NCBI GenBank assembly: GCA_036785375.1
Contig: JAWMAR010000841.1
Coordinates: forward strand, 434,001-498,000
DNA from: Leucoraja ocellata
Taxonomy: Eukaryota
DNA length: 64,000 bases
Direction: 5' to 3'
The translations under genes and the position numbers were made by a program. Shown here piece after piece: positions 24,681 to 37,909 of this stretch (positions are counted from its first letter, which is position 1; every line of letters starts with the position of its first letter). The notes below the pieces were generated by a model that did not search any database, was not told the origin of the DNA, and worked only from the letters and a program-made list of their open reading frames with translations.

Positions 24681-25877
24681 TTACCTAAGGCTTCATTCTT
24701 GCTTTTTATTTAGTTGTAGAAACAAAAGCATTGGTAACTGTTGAATATTGACTTGGGACTTACAAGTGCAACCTTCACTGTCAGTCAAGATAAGATGTTA
24801 ACTCCAACCTTGATCCTTCAACCCACCTCTTCAAAGTTTAAAATAGCTTTCACAACTTTAGCATGAGCATCTTACTTACCAAGGAAATGGTGAGAAATGA
24901 TGGTGTGTTTTCATAACGTAAAGAGCCCTTTAAGCTTCTCCAATGTAGTCTCTGCGTGCAATATTCCACACATTTGGCTGTATCTAATATTCGGTGGATG
25001 AACATTGTCGGGAGCCTAATGCAAGCATATTCAGAAAGAAGATGAGAATAGTGACTGATAATGAGGGTCAACAGTTGCAATGAAAGTGATGGGGAATACA
25101 AAACGATGATAGAAAAGCTGCAAAAGGAAGATCTGAACTGCAAACTAACCTTCAATTATAATTGATTTGCGATCATGTTTGCAACAAATGTTCATGAGTG
25201 GGTCCACATGAGCTGTAATGTCAAAACTTGAACTTTCTCACGGATCTGTTGTTGCCTCAGTTAGCCTGCCCTTCTCTCTTTTGCTTCACCCTCACATTCC
25301 TCTTTATCTCCAGGGGTCTCTCCCACCCTTGGGAAAGTTCCCAATATCTCAGACAAACCCAGCACACACTCCCCTGTCACTGTCCTCGCCAACCTCGTGT
25401 CTCTGCCCATCTCCCTGAACGTTTGCAATCTCAGGATGATCTAAACCTCAGAAATGGCTCCCCACCTACAGCCGCCTCCCAAATAACCTTCCAACCTCTT
25501 GCATCATGCTTGTTTTCTCAAGGAATCCATGGAATCATTCCATTCTCCTCAGCTAACCCCACTCCCCTGCTTCAGGCTTGCTACAAGTTCACTTCCCGGC
25601 TCATCCCCACCACTTTTATCATTCCACCAAGTAAAATCTTGCACCTTGCCATTCACTAGAGCAATTTATTTGGTTTCTTTCCTTCCCTGATTGCTCCTTT
25701 TCTCAGAAACCAATTCCCCTTTAGGCACCTACAGCTCCTCTTCAATTTCCAGCACTTTCTTTGGCCTCTCTTGCTCCCAGAAACACTAGTCTCCCTCATT
25801 CTTTGAGGTAATTCCTCAACCTGCTACCATAAAATATACAAGTTGCCATTCAAAGGCCTGTATAAAGAGCGAGATGA

Positions 25878-26144
25878 GGGTGGCACGGTGCATCAGCAGA
25901 GTTGCTGCTTTAACACCAGAGACCCGGGTTCGATCGTGAATACAGATGCTGTCTGTATGGAGTTTGTACTCTGTGGTGGGTTTTCTCCGATTTCTCCCAC
26001 ATCCCAAAGACATGCAGGTTTGTAGATTCATTGACTTCTGTAAATTGTCCCTAGTATGTAGCTCGTAGAAATAGTCTACTAGTCAGCGGGGACTCGCTGG
26101 GCAGAAGGGCCTGTTTCCACATGGTATCTCTAAAACTAAAACTA
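25878..26144 (+). mobile_element. HE1-type SINE
   Basis: gggtggcacggtg head through gtatctctaaaactaaaacta tail. Confidence 0.85.
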
Positions 26145-26528
26145 GAAACAAAATGCATGCTATTCCCTAAACCTTGCATTCTACTTTGGAGTTCAAAGCT
26201 TCTTGCATTCCCTTGGGTAGTCCCTTCCCACGTTTCACACTGGTCTATTATCTTCATATGGTAAAATGTGAATGACATTTGGAGTAACCTTTTATTTCTA
26301 GAGGTTCCCTATCCTTAGCACGTTAGATCTGTAGAAGCATCCATTGAATTGCTTTGGAGGACGCCTCCAGGTGAACACTGCAGAAGTGCAAGCTTGTATC
26401 CAGGTCTGGAGATTGGGACGTGTCACACTCGTTCTTCACTGGCTAGCTTTATTGCTTGACTTGGGTAAAGCTGCCAGTTGAAGAGCTGTTGTGGGCGGCC
26501 ATTATATCGTTGATGGCTTCTGCTAAAC

Positions 26529-26628
26529 ATGCAACGAACTTTGCCAAGAGAGGAGTTCCGGCACACGACATTTACTGTGGGCGAACAAAATGATCACCAG
26601 GACCTTGTTCAAATGGAAGCGCTGCCAG
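26529..26628 (+). other. Possible first coding exon of an unidentified plus-strand transcript (MQRTLPREEFRHTTFTVGEQNDHQDLVQMEALP)
   Basis: aaacATG context, non-repetitive CpG-retaining sequence, strong donor CAG|gtgaga. No homolog recognised. Confidence 0.3.
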
Positions 26629-27407
26629 GTGAGAAGTTTGTTTTACCACCTGAACCTGCTCTGCAAGTAACTGTTCCAAACCATTATCTCCGTAGAAGCA
26701 ATAGGTTGGAAGAATGTCAATATCTGATCTGGTGCGGTTAACTGAAGATCCCAGACACATAGAATGCTCCTTTTTACACAGCAACACAGAATGGAGGGCC
26801 ATGTTCCATTGAATTGAACAAGTGATCTGTAAAAGGATCATAGTCATACAGTGTGGAAACAGACCCTTTAGGCTAACGTGCCCAAACCGACCAACATGTC
26901 CCAGCTACACTAGTCCCGCCTGCCTGCATTTGCCTAATATCCCTCTAAACCTATCTTTTCCATGTACCTGTCTGACTGTTGTGATAGTTGAGGGAGGGAG
27001 GGAGGGAGGGAGTGATAAGGGATAGGGAGAATTGGTGGGAGAAGAGACATGGGGATGTTCTCTAATTGTAGTATTTCTGTGCAGCTGATTCACACCAGTA
27101 TTTTTCTGCATCTATTTAATTATTTGCATGATTGATTCTTGCATGTTGTTATATTTTCAACAGTGCCTCTTCTGTTAACCTTGTGTTGAATACCAAAATG
27201 GAGCTGAATGCACTGCTCCCGTCCATGGACTCTAATCGTAAAACATTAAAGAGGAATTTAGTTTGTCAGCAGTTGCCCAAGGCCTAAACTCTGCCGCACC
27301 TGGTCCTCGGCTCAGAGAGACTGCAAACACTCGATTATAATAACCTCATGGAAACTGCCAAAAGGACAGTCGTGAGTGATGGTCTTTGTTCTGCTGTTCA
27401 ATTAAGC

Positions 27408-27618
27408 TAGGGGTTCCCAACCTTTTTTGTCCCGTTTACCCCTGGCAACTTCAATAGCACATAACTATGTTACTTCGCTTATTTATGAATAACTAATGAT
27501 GAACAGATACCGGTATACCAGAACCAAACACAGTCAGTCAATGAGAAAAAATATGTACAAATCCAGAATCAACAAATTTACTCCTGGGGGTAAATTTACC
27601 CCAGGTTGGGAACCCTTG
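27408..27618. mobile_element. hAT (Charlie/Chap-like) MITE, 211 bp
   Basis: TIR TAGGGGTTCCCAACCT...AGGTTGGGAACCCTTG. 8-bp TSD aattaagc/aattaacc (7 of 8). Subterminal tttacccc motifs. Confidence 0.85.
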
Positions 27619-28681
27619 AATTAACCCTGATAAATGTAGTGTTTGATGTTTCTGTTGTATTAAGGTATTATTTGGGGCAATTCCCTCTAATTTGGATTTT
27701 TACAGTTAAAGGTTTTCTTATATCTTCCTACTTTTTCATTTCCATTCTATTCTCCAAAAATATTAATTTTGTAGATTCTGACAAATAATCTTTGGGGGAG
27801 CACCACCACTAGAGCTGCCACCTCACAATGCTTGAGACCCGTGTTCAATTCCTAACTCTGATGATGTCCAAGTGGCGTTTGCAGTTCTCCCTGTGAGCAC
27901 GTGGGTTTCGTTCAAGTGCTCTGCTTTTCTCCTGCATGCCAAAGACTTGGTAGTTAATCAGGTTAGACACAAAATGCTGGAGTAACTCAGCGGGCCAGGC
28001 AGCATTTCTGGAGAGAGGCAACGGGTGACATTTTGGGTCGGGACCCTTCTTCAGACTGAATTGTTTTGGTAATAATAGGGTAACAATCAGAATGTTTTGT
28101 TAATTTTACGTGAAGGAGAGTCCAATTGATGCTTATGGTTGTTTTGTGGTCAAATTGTACATCTTCAGATGAAGCCTCAGGCCGCCAAAGTGATGTTATC
28201 GTGGGAACAGAGGGAGAAATGGGAAGGAATTATCCAGGACTGTGTTTTAAATGGAGAGACAGGAGCTTCAGGTTGTGTATAAGAATCAGTAAATGACAGT
28301 AGGTCCTAAGGAATGTTGAGCATTCCTTCCCTTGCCATAAAGAAATCCATGGGAGGAGGATGGGAAATTATTGTGTAGGAATGGGAAGTCCAGTGAAATA
28401 TGCGATGCCGTAGCCAGGCATAGCAGTCAAGGGTTTGAAAATTGCTGCTGGCCTGAATGATGGTAAGAGTTTGAACATTCTCCAGATATTCTATTGACAT
28501 AACATGGGTGGTTTCTTGGGATAGGAGTTTTACAATAGCATCGTAATGTGCAGTCAAAATTTGTTGGAGGAAGCTTGTAGAGAGGGGGGTAGACACAAAG
28601 TGCTGGAGTAACTCAGCGGGACAGGCAGCATCTCTGGAGAAAAGGACTAGGTGACGTTTCAGGATGAGAGCTCAGTAGTGG

Positions 28682-28745
28682 GTCCAGTTAGCTCAGTTGG
28701 TTTGAGCATAGTGCTAATAACACCAAGGTCGTGGGTTCAATCCCA
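28682..28745 (+). pseudogene. tRNA-Ile(AAT) pseudogene, 3' end lost
   Basis: gtccagTTAGCTCAGTTGGTTtGAGCatagtGCTAATAACaCCAAGGTCGtGGGTTCaATCCC follows the vertebrate tRNA-Ile-AAT pattern (A box, CTAATAA anticodon loop, B box). It shows CpG-type transitions and has no 3' acceptor strand. Confidence 0.85.
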
Positions 28746-28759
28746 CTCCCTAAGGTGAG

Positions 28760-29095
28760 AGGGGCAACAGTAGAGTTGCTGCCTTATAGCACCCGAGACA
28801 CGGGTTCGATCCTGACTACGGGTGCTTGTCTATTCAATTTGTACATTCTCCCTGTGATTTCATGAGTTTTCTCCGGATGCTCCCATACTCCAAAGATGTG
28901 CAGGTTTGTAGGTTAATTGGCTTCTGTAAATTGCCCCTAGTGTGTCGGATAGAACTAGTGATCAGTGTTGGATAGAACTAGTGATCAGACTTTGGCCCAC
29001 AAAGTCCATGCCAACTACTAATCAGTGCTCACCAGTCGTCATGGACTTTGTGTGCCAAACTGTCTGTTTTCACTGTATCTCTAAACTAAACTAAA
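28760..29095 (+). mobile_element. HE1-type SINE with internal tandem and inverted duplication
   Basis: Standard head and tail. gatagaactagtgatcag occurs twice, and an inverted copy of the catggactttg segment is present. Confidence 0.8.
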
Positions 29096-31119
29096 GGAAT
29101 AAGGAATAGCTGTTTTGTCCCAAGATATGTTTGATTTACGATAGCTGCTGGCCATACTAAGCTGTAAGGAAAACAAATACTTCTGAGGTTGCAACAGTAT
29201 AAACAGGAAAGATGCCTGTTGTGAGATATACAGGGCCCAGCCCACAATTCCACCAAAAATATGTAATATAATCAGTTCCTTGCAGACAGTGGAAGGAAAG
29301 ATTAATCCGTGAGGTCTGGCCATCTGTCTAATCCAACTGGGGGGATTCATATCACATTATCACTTTGCAAATAGACCATTGCAATTGTTTGATTGCTAGA
29401 TAATGTGTTCTATATAGATTCACTCATCAGTGTAGAATCAGTAGAAAGTCCCAATAATAAACTTGCTTTGGTTTTAACACTTGCTTCTTTTGAAATCTCA
29501 GGGTATATTTTTGGAAGGTGCAAGCGACCTTAATATGTTCTTACCACCCTCCTCCCTTCCCTTTTCCAATAGTTTACATTCTTCCTCCTCAATATCAATG
29601 AATGCATCACACTTCTTCTGTAAAGAATAATGTAAAGTTCAGGCAGTAGAAACAACCACTGCAGAATGCTGTGGGTGGGTCAGGCAGTTTCTCTGGTGGA
29701 AAAGGATGGGCGACATTTTGGGTTGGGACCCTTCTTCAGATCAGGAGAAGCCCCTTCTTCACACCCCACCTATTCCATCTGCCCATCCATCACCCCCACA
29801 CTCTTCTGACTGAGTTGCCTACGCTCATTGTTCCCATCAGCGTATGCTACCTCCCATATTAGGTTCCATGTTTTATCTTCCTTTCCTCCAATTCCATCAT
29901 CCACCTCCCCTTTGTTGCCTCCACCAAGCACCCACTTACACTATTCCTATACCACTTCTATTTTATTCTTTCGCAACCCCCGCAACCTGCCCAGATTCTC
30001 CTGCACACAAGGGGCAATTCACAGTTGACTAATTAAACTACCAACTCGCTCGTCTTTGAGTTATGAGAGGAAACTGGAGCACCCAAAGGAGTCACAGTCC
30101 GTACAGTCACAGACAGCACCAGAGGTCAGAATTGAATTGGGGTCACTCAAGCTCTGAGGCAGCAACTCCACCAGCCGCTACTCTGTAACGCCCCTTTTGA
30201 GCATTACTTAGTCTATAGTTAATATTAACATTGAGGATAGGTGAACCTTGACGGACTGCAATCCGACAACATACCTGGGAAGCCCATGAATAATACAACC
30301 TGCATTTCTGTAGCATTTGAAGATAGACACAAAATGCTGGAGTAACTCAAGCGGGCCAGGCGGCATCTCTGGAGAGAAGGAATGGGTGATGTTTGGGGTT
30401 GAGACCCTTCAGACTAGAGTCGGGAAAGGGAAACGATAGATATAGATGGTGAAGTAGAGAGATATAGAAGAAATGAATGAAAGATATGCAGAAAAGTAAA
30501 CATGATAAAGGAAACAGTCTATTGTTAGCTGTTTGCGAGGTGAAACAAGGTGAAATGATGATAAAGGAACAGGCCATACTGTGATGTCAGCTATAGGGGA
30601 TATTCATTATGAAAAATGGCACATTGAGTAAAATAACAGAGGGGTCCAACAGACATGAAGCAACATTATTTTAGGAGAAATTGGAAAAAGAAGAAATGTT
30701 AGCGTGAATGGGAAGTAATATAGATGAAGCTAACCTTTTAAGTAGTTTACGGTCTATGATAATTATGTTTCTCCATCCATTGAGACCAACAGCAGTTCAG
30801 TTTTGATTGTTGCGGGCCAGTGTTGTACCCCAGTCTGTCTGAGGATGATGGGAAGATGGTTTGAGAATTGTTGCGTTTGCTATATAAAGATTGGAGGAGT
30901 GAGTCAGAACACAAAAGCAGCAGGAAAGCAATTAGTCTCTCGTGTCATGAAAGTAAGAAGGAGTGTCAGAGAAAAAGATGGTAAAGAACACTGCGTTCAA
31001 CTTAAATATAAAGATCCTGCTATCTTATTTGAATTATTTGAATAAACAGGATGTGAGACTGGTAGCAGTCATTTTTAGAAATGATTTAACTGCTCCTGCT
31101 TATAATAGTGAATTCAGGA

Positions 31120-31420
31120 TTAGTTTTAGAGATACAGCATGAAAACAGGCCTTTCAGCTCGCTGACCATCGATCACCCATTCACACTTGTTCTATATTAT
31201 TCCACTTTCTCATCCACTAAGGGCAATTTACAGAGGCCAGCTAACCTAACCTACAAACCCACATGTCTTGGGCATGTAGGAGGAAACCAGAGCACCAAGA
31301 GGAAACCCACATGGACACGGGGAGAACGTGCAAACCCCACATAGAAAGTACCCAAGGTCAGGATCGAACCCGGGTCTCTGCTCCTATGAGGCAGCAGCTC
31401 TACCAGCTGCGCCACTCTGC
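31120..31420 (-). mobile_element. HE1-type SINE
   Basis: Reverse complement of the family (ggatcgaacccgggtctctg). Older partial copies at ~27795-27960 (+) and ~30005-30195 (-). Confidence 0.85.
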
Positions 31421-33711
31421 ATCAGGGTTCCTTCCGAATTGTATGAAAAACAATGCATTTCACTGTACCGAGGTACATGTGATGATAAAGAATCGCTGAA
31501 TCTTCATGTTAGGGTCACAGATACATCTCGCATATTATACTTAATTATCAGTACAGTATTTTAAGATTTCCATGGTTTGCCAAATTTAATACCGTTTCCA
31601 GGGAGTCTAGCTTGAGATTGAGATCATAATGACAGTGTTCCATTCCTATATTGTCAACTTATTATTGCTCACCTGAGGCCAGAACAAGATTTATCTGCCT
31701 ACTGGGTGTTAAATTGATAACTTTCTTAGTTTGCGGCTTACTTTGATTGATATTCGCAATCTGGGCTCAACAAATGAGTTCTTAGCTGCGATCCTTCCAC
31801 ATACGCACAAAACAATCATTCCCGATATCCCTAAAGTCTACATATTGAAATCTGAGTTGACATTGTTTGAAATTCTTGATATCTATAATTAAAATTCAGA
31901 AAACTGTCAAGATACCTGCTTTGAACCCAAGCAAGTAAACACTTGGTCAGGACCTGCATATCTACAAGAGATGAAAGCTCATCGGCTATCTGCACCCTTG
32001 AACTTATTCATTAAGAGAGAAATAACTCTGACTGGGACACAGTAGAATTTTATAGAGATTTAATTTTTGAAACCTATTGGTGGTGAACTAAATAAAATGT
32101 ATGATGATCAAACTTGAAAATGCTGGCTGTTTCGGTCCCACTGGAATTGCTGGTTACACATGTAGTGTGTGATTCAGCTAAACATAAATGCATAGGAAGG
32201 AACTGCAGACACTGGTTTACACAGAAGATAGGCACCAAATTACTGGAATAACACAAGAAAAGGTGTTGTTTTAGGGTCAGACTGAGAGTCAGGGGAAAGG
32301 AAAACTTCCTATCCTGGGCCTCATCCACTGTCACAGTGAGTGAGAAGGTAACTATGTTATACGGTTTCTCCAGAGATGCTGCCTGATCCACTGAGTTACT
32401 CCAGCATTTTGTGTCTTTCTAAACAAATGCATTCTGAACTCTTGAGTTGCTCAGCCTGCACAATCAATTCAAATGCTGAAAGACATTTCTCTCTCGGGCG
32501 TTGAAAAAGGTAGAAATACATTTGAAATTTTCTGAGACACTTTGTCAATCTTCCAAATCTTGAAGGATTGCTGCACATTCCTTTAACTTCATTAAGTGGT
32601 CCAATTCTCAGAGAAATGACTGTACAAACTGTTCACTCCTCCCATGCTGATGTTCAAATCAGCCTCAGTGGGCCTGAGAAACCGCATGCGACTGACTAGT
32701 AGAAGAACAGGACTGCCAGCAGCTTTGTGGAATAATCACGTTGTATTCCCTACGCTTGACAGGTTATACTGTGACGCCCAAGTAATGCCAGCACTCACGT
32801 TACTGAGATGACAGTGGTAGTAGCCACTATTAGGGCTGCCTCCCCAGGATGCTGTTGGACCATGCAAGGAATCAATGAAGGAATGAAGCCATTGCAGAAT
32901 GCAATGTTGCTGTGACATGGCCGGGAGGAGTGCAGTTTGAATACTGAACCGGCCCTTCTTTTGGAAATGTCTGTGTGTGCCTCTGGAATTAATGCAATAG
33001 GAATTCACAAGATAACTTTGCTTAATGAATTAGTGTTGTATGAGCCTTTAACATTCATTTCAGTGAATGGAGCAGGCAAGTGGGACCTCCATTTATCCGC
33101 ATAGCATAGTTACCTTCACAAAGACAGCTGAGTAAAGGTCTTAAATGGAGTATAGACCTCAACAATTATCTCTGACAATCCAGCATGTCCCAAAGCTGCA
33201 CTTGGGTGTATCAGCCTGTTTTTGTCAAGAGCATTGAACAGAAGGCTCAACTGATGAGGTTCAGTTTGTAAAAGGGGCCATAATAATTATGACTTTTTCT
33301 GTACTAGTTCCTACGTTTGTCTTCCCTTGCTGCAATGTTCAATTGGCAGAATGAGGCAGAGACTCTAAACAGTCCACATCGACCGGTCAGGTGTCTGGCT
33401 TTGATTCAGTCTGCGCCCAAAGCAATAAATAGCTCTCTGGTGACATCCTGATTTAACATCTCCGTTGGTCTGTTCCGTTGCCAATGACTCCTGGTAGAGG
33501 ACCTGTATCTCCAAACAAATGTGGTGGCAGCATTAGGATGGCATACTGTTAATCATGTCACATCACAGGTGACTGATGAAAGAAACTGCATTGTAAGGCG
33601 ACAGTGAGATATGAAATTGTGTGGCCTTTGCAAAATTGACCACAAATTTTGCTCTCAGCATTTGCTGGAGAATAAAACATTTGTTAACCAGCATCCACTG
33701 TCAAACACTTT

Positions 33712-34182
33712 TTACTTTAGACTTTAGTGATATACTGTGGAAACAGGCCCACTGAGTCCGCTGCGACCAGTAATCATCCCATACACTATCACTAACCTAC
33801 ACACTAGGGACAATAGGATAGGCTAAATTAAGCTTTGTGGCTTCAGCCTATTCCTTTTTCGGTCATTGATTATGTGAACGTTGTGTGAAATGGATACAGT
33901 GTTGGTTCATATTTATACAGATTGTAAAGTTTTGTTCTTTTTAATGTATGACCTAAATAAACTGTCCATTCATTCATTCATTCAATTTACAATTTGCTGA
34001 AGCCAATTAACCTACAAACCTGTACGCCTTTGGAGTGGGAGGAAATCGGAGCACCCAGAGAAAACACATGCAGTCACAGGGAGAACGTACAAACTCCGTA
34101 CAGGCAGCACCCGTAGTCAGGATCGAACCCAGGTCTCTGGTGCTGTAAGGCAGCATCTTTACTGCTGCTCAACGGTGCCGCT
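33712..34182 (-). mobile_element. HE1-type SINE interrupted by a younger insertion
   Basis: The HE1 reverse complement is split at gggacaat|ttacaatt. Confidence 0.85.
33815..33982 (+). mobile_element. 3' end of an L2/CR1-group LINE (or its SINE) with a (CATT)n tail
   Basis: Stem-loop ATAGGCT..AAGC-tttgtg-GCTT-c-AGCCTAT, AATAAA, (catt)n tail. caat duplicated at 33811-33814 and 33983-33986. Confidence 0.7.
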
Positions 34183-35199
34183 GTAACATTACCTTCTGCC
34201 CTCTGTTAATTTTCATCCAAATGGATTGGATCATGTTGTTTTTGTTCTTGGCATGTGGTGTTTGGCCTGTGATAAGAGAACAAGCTCATCTGTGAAGTCA
34301 AGGCGTTCAAGGGAGGGGAGTGGTGTCCACCTGTTGCCCTCTGGCATGTTTCTGTTGCTAAGCATGTCACCCAAGCAATGGCAGCATTAATGAGAACTGC
34401 AGACATGACTCACTCTGACGCATTCCTGTTTTGACTGCAAAACCGAGCTCACAGTGATCAACATCACGTTTACAGTAGCAGCTTTTGATGATGTTGATTA
34501 ATATCAAGAGCCTTCTCATTTCCCTGCAAAACATCCGGCAGACTGGTCCTGTGAATGCTGTTGAGCCTTCTCAAGGTCCATGAGTTTATATTGGATCGTT
34601 CCCTTATGTTTTGTGAAGATCTGGTCTTTGCTTCACACTCTTTCTGAGAGCTGGCTTGGTCTTATCTTAGAATGCCGTCAGCAACCTCTGATGTGCTCTG
34701 GACTAGAGGCTTGCAGAAAACCCTGCTCGGCCCCTTAACCAGCCATCCAAGCAGGCCAGCTATGAGAATCATTGTAGTCATCTTCACTAAGCTCCCATTA
34801 ATCAACTCATCTGTTACCATCTCCATTTCCCAGTTGGGCTGCTAGTTCCAATTTCCCATGAACAACTTTTTGTCAAGTTGTCCATGTCAGGAGCCTTCCT
34901 ACTTTTCAACGAGTAGACAGTCTGGACAGTCTCTTAATTCATGTCTACTTGCTCCACAACTACCTACCCCCCCCCCCCCCCCCCCACAGATGACCCTATC
35001 GTTCTCTGTGAAGATCCTACCCTGGCTAAACTTCACAAATGCCTTCACCTCACTTTCCAGAATGAACCCGTTGCTAGGCCCGCTTGCTCAACTGATCAAA
35101 GACGCTGTAATCATGGAAAACCATTTTTGCTGTCAACGATACCACCTATTTTCATGTTATCTGCAAACTAACATCTCAACCAAATTGTTTATATAAGCC

Positions 35200-35475
35200 A
35201 CAATCAACAATGGGCTCAGTACCGATCCTTCAGGCACACCACTAATCATATAGGTCTCCATTCTGCTTCCCTCCATTAAGCCAATTCTATCTCCAGGAAG
35301 CTAACTCTCTCTGGATCCCATGCAATCTAACCATCCAGAGCAGCTTACCATGCAGAACCTTATAAAAGGCCTTGCAGAAGTTCATACAAACTACGTCTAC
35401 ATCCCTGCCCTCGTCAACATTCCTAGTTATTTCTTCAAAAAAAAATCCTGAGACACAATCTCCCACATATAAAAC
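35200..35475 (-). mobile_element. CR1-type LINE RT fragment (old)
   Basis: FFEEITRNVDEGRDVDVVCMNFCKAFYKV.HGKLL. Confidence 0.8.
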
Positions 35476-36145
35476 CATACTGACTATCCCTAATCAATCA
35501 CATGATCTCCCAGGACACAATTTCCTACCCATAACATTAGACACCTCACCAGTGTCTAACACTGATTCATGTGTCTCAGGTAGGACTCTTGCAATCTCTT
35601 CTCTCGCTTCCCACTGTGTCCTGTTCAGGCCTATCTACATCTTAGGATGTCCTAAGAACATGCCTTAATATGGAGTGTCCCCAATGCATCTCCATTAACT
35701 CTCCCAAGTTCCCTAGTCTTCATGTTCTTCTCTGAGGTAAGAACAGAGGAGAAATATTAATTGACAACCTTAATCATCAGCCATGGAAAGTGGCCTACGT
35801 TTGATGGGCTGAATGGCCTCTACTGCTATATCCTATGCCCTTTAGGCAGTCTATCTAATTAAATAATTTTGATGCAAATCTCGTAGATCTATTCGTAAGA
35901 GTTTTATGTTTAAGCAGTGCTCGATTTGGCATAGAAGCAGTCCATTAGGCATTGAAAGGTTAAATGTGTCAAACCTGTACTTGCTGCTGACAACGTTTAG
36001 AAAGCATGAGGACAAGCAGGTCCTAAAACACGGACAGGAGATTAGGAGCAACTAATGAAACAGCTGCAAACCGCCTCCAACGCGGGTTGACTGGGGATGT
36101 GACTGCAGTCAGAGAGTTGGTAGGCCACTTTCTATATTTAACCTC

Positions 36146-36376
36146 ATAGAAACATAGACAATAGGTGCAGGAGTAGGCCATTCGGCCCTTCGAGCCTGCA
36201 CCACCATTCGATATGATCATGGCTGATCATCCAACTCAGTATCCCATCCCTGCCTTCTCTCCATAACCCCTGATCCCTTTAGCCACAAGGGCCACATCTA
36301 ACTCCCTCTTAAATATAGCCAATGAACTGGCCTCAACTACCCTGGCAGAGAATTCCACAGATTCACCACTCTCTGT
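36146..36376 (-). mobile_element. Young CR1/HER1 3' end
   Basis: Near-identical to 60715-60950 (catagaaacatag...ggccattcggcccttcgagcc). Confidence 0.9.
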
Positions 36377-37909
36377 CAAAATAATCAGTGAGGCTTGTGA
36401 TCTTCAGATTCACACAAAGTTTGACCCAGTGTCCCATTTTTTACCTTCATGTTTGTTCTGATTTAAAATCCTACCCAGTTCCAGTTCACCTGCATCAATG
36501 TACCTATTCTGAAATGCAGGGAAATATTTGTGCTTACCTTGATTTACAAGAGGTACTGAATTAAAAAGTTAAAACAAAATTAAGTTATTTTATTCAAATT
36601 TGCTACTTTAAACACAACTCTGGTGTTCGTCAACTATTTATAACGAGCTAGTCAAACTCAATAGCAAAATATCCAAGTTGGAATGTTACCTAATTGTTAA
36701 AAAGGGATGTTAAAGATTCAGGATAAATAAAAGGTATACATTTCATTTAAGTGATTACCACTGCCTGGTTTGTGAATGTTTTAAATGATCATGTTTCTAG
36801 ACTAGAATGGTAAAAATCTTACAGGTCAGCCGGTGATGTGGCAATCTCCAACTACAGAGATGGGCAACAATACCGATGAAAATAATACAGCTCAGTATCT
36901 GTTGCATATTGATCGTTGAGGGTAGGTGGGAAGTTTAAATTTGCAGGTACATAAATTCAATGACGCACATGTCTTTGAGACAAGTAACTTGGTTGTCAGT
37001 GTATGTTGTGAGAAATTTAAACTAATATTCAGGACTGGAGCACCGATTGGTTGCAGAGTGCACTTGTCGTGTGGTGGAAGCTGCAGCACTCTCACAGTCT
37101 GAAGTGGCCAGATTGAGACGTCAAACAGGAAGATACTAATTGAAAGCAGGAACTTGGTCCAATAATTCAGCAATGCTGTGCATTCCAAGGGGCTTGGAGG
37201 TTTAGCTCTCCAGCTGCAATCACCCCCCTCCCCCCTCCTCCCTCCTCCCAATAACCAACTTCTACCTCGCCCACCCCCTCCTCACTCTATTCTCTCCCCC
37301 CTCCTTCCTCCAGCTTCGCCTCAGCACTCCCCCCTTCCTTCCTTCCTCCGACAACTCTCTTCTCGCTGCCCCCCCCCCCCCTTTCCTCTGCTCCTCCCCC
37401 TCCTCTGTCCCCTCAGTCAGCACTAACTGGACTCAGCGCTCCCATTAATGAGAGCTGAGCGTGTGTTCTGCGCCCACTGGCTTAGCTGCATGCTTGCTGT
37501 TTAATGTAACCCTCACCTTTGCCTCAGTGCTTATGAGAGTTGTCCGTGCAGGGGTTTCTCTATCTCAGCACTGCCATTGAAAACTTTAATCAGGTTTGTT
37601 TTAAATAGCTGCCTCACATCTCCGAGGGATAGCTTCCAATTTCCAGTCTTCCTTACTGACTCCCTGAATGAGACTGCTCAGGCAATGAGCTGAACGCAGC
37701 ATTTTACATGCTGTTGGGTTGTAACTAGGCCAAGGTGATCCCATTACTCATTTTCCTCAGGCCTCATGCTGCTGTCTGGGAAAGAAGGTTTTAATCCCAT
37801 CCCTGCGGAGTAACTTCCAACCGTGATTCTTTAGACCCACTTTATAACACCTTGCTCCCATTCTGACAGATCTTCTCCAACTCTGATTTAATAGCAGCTT
37901 GAAGTTCCA

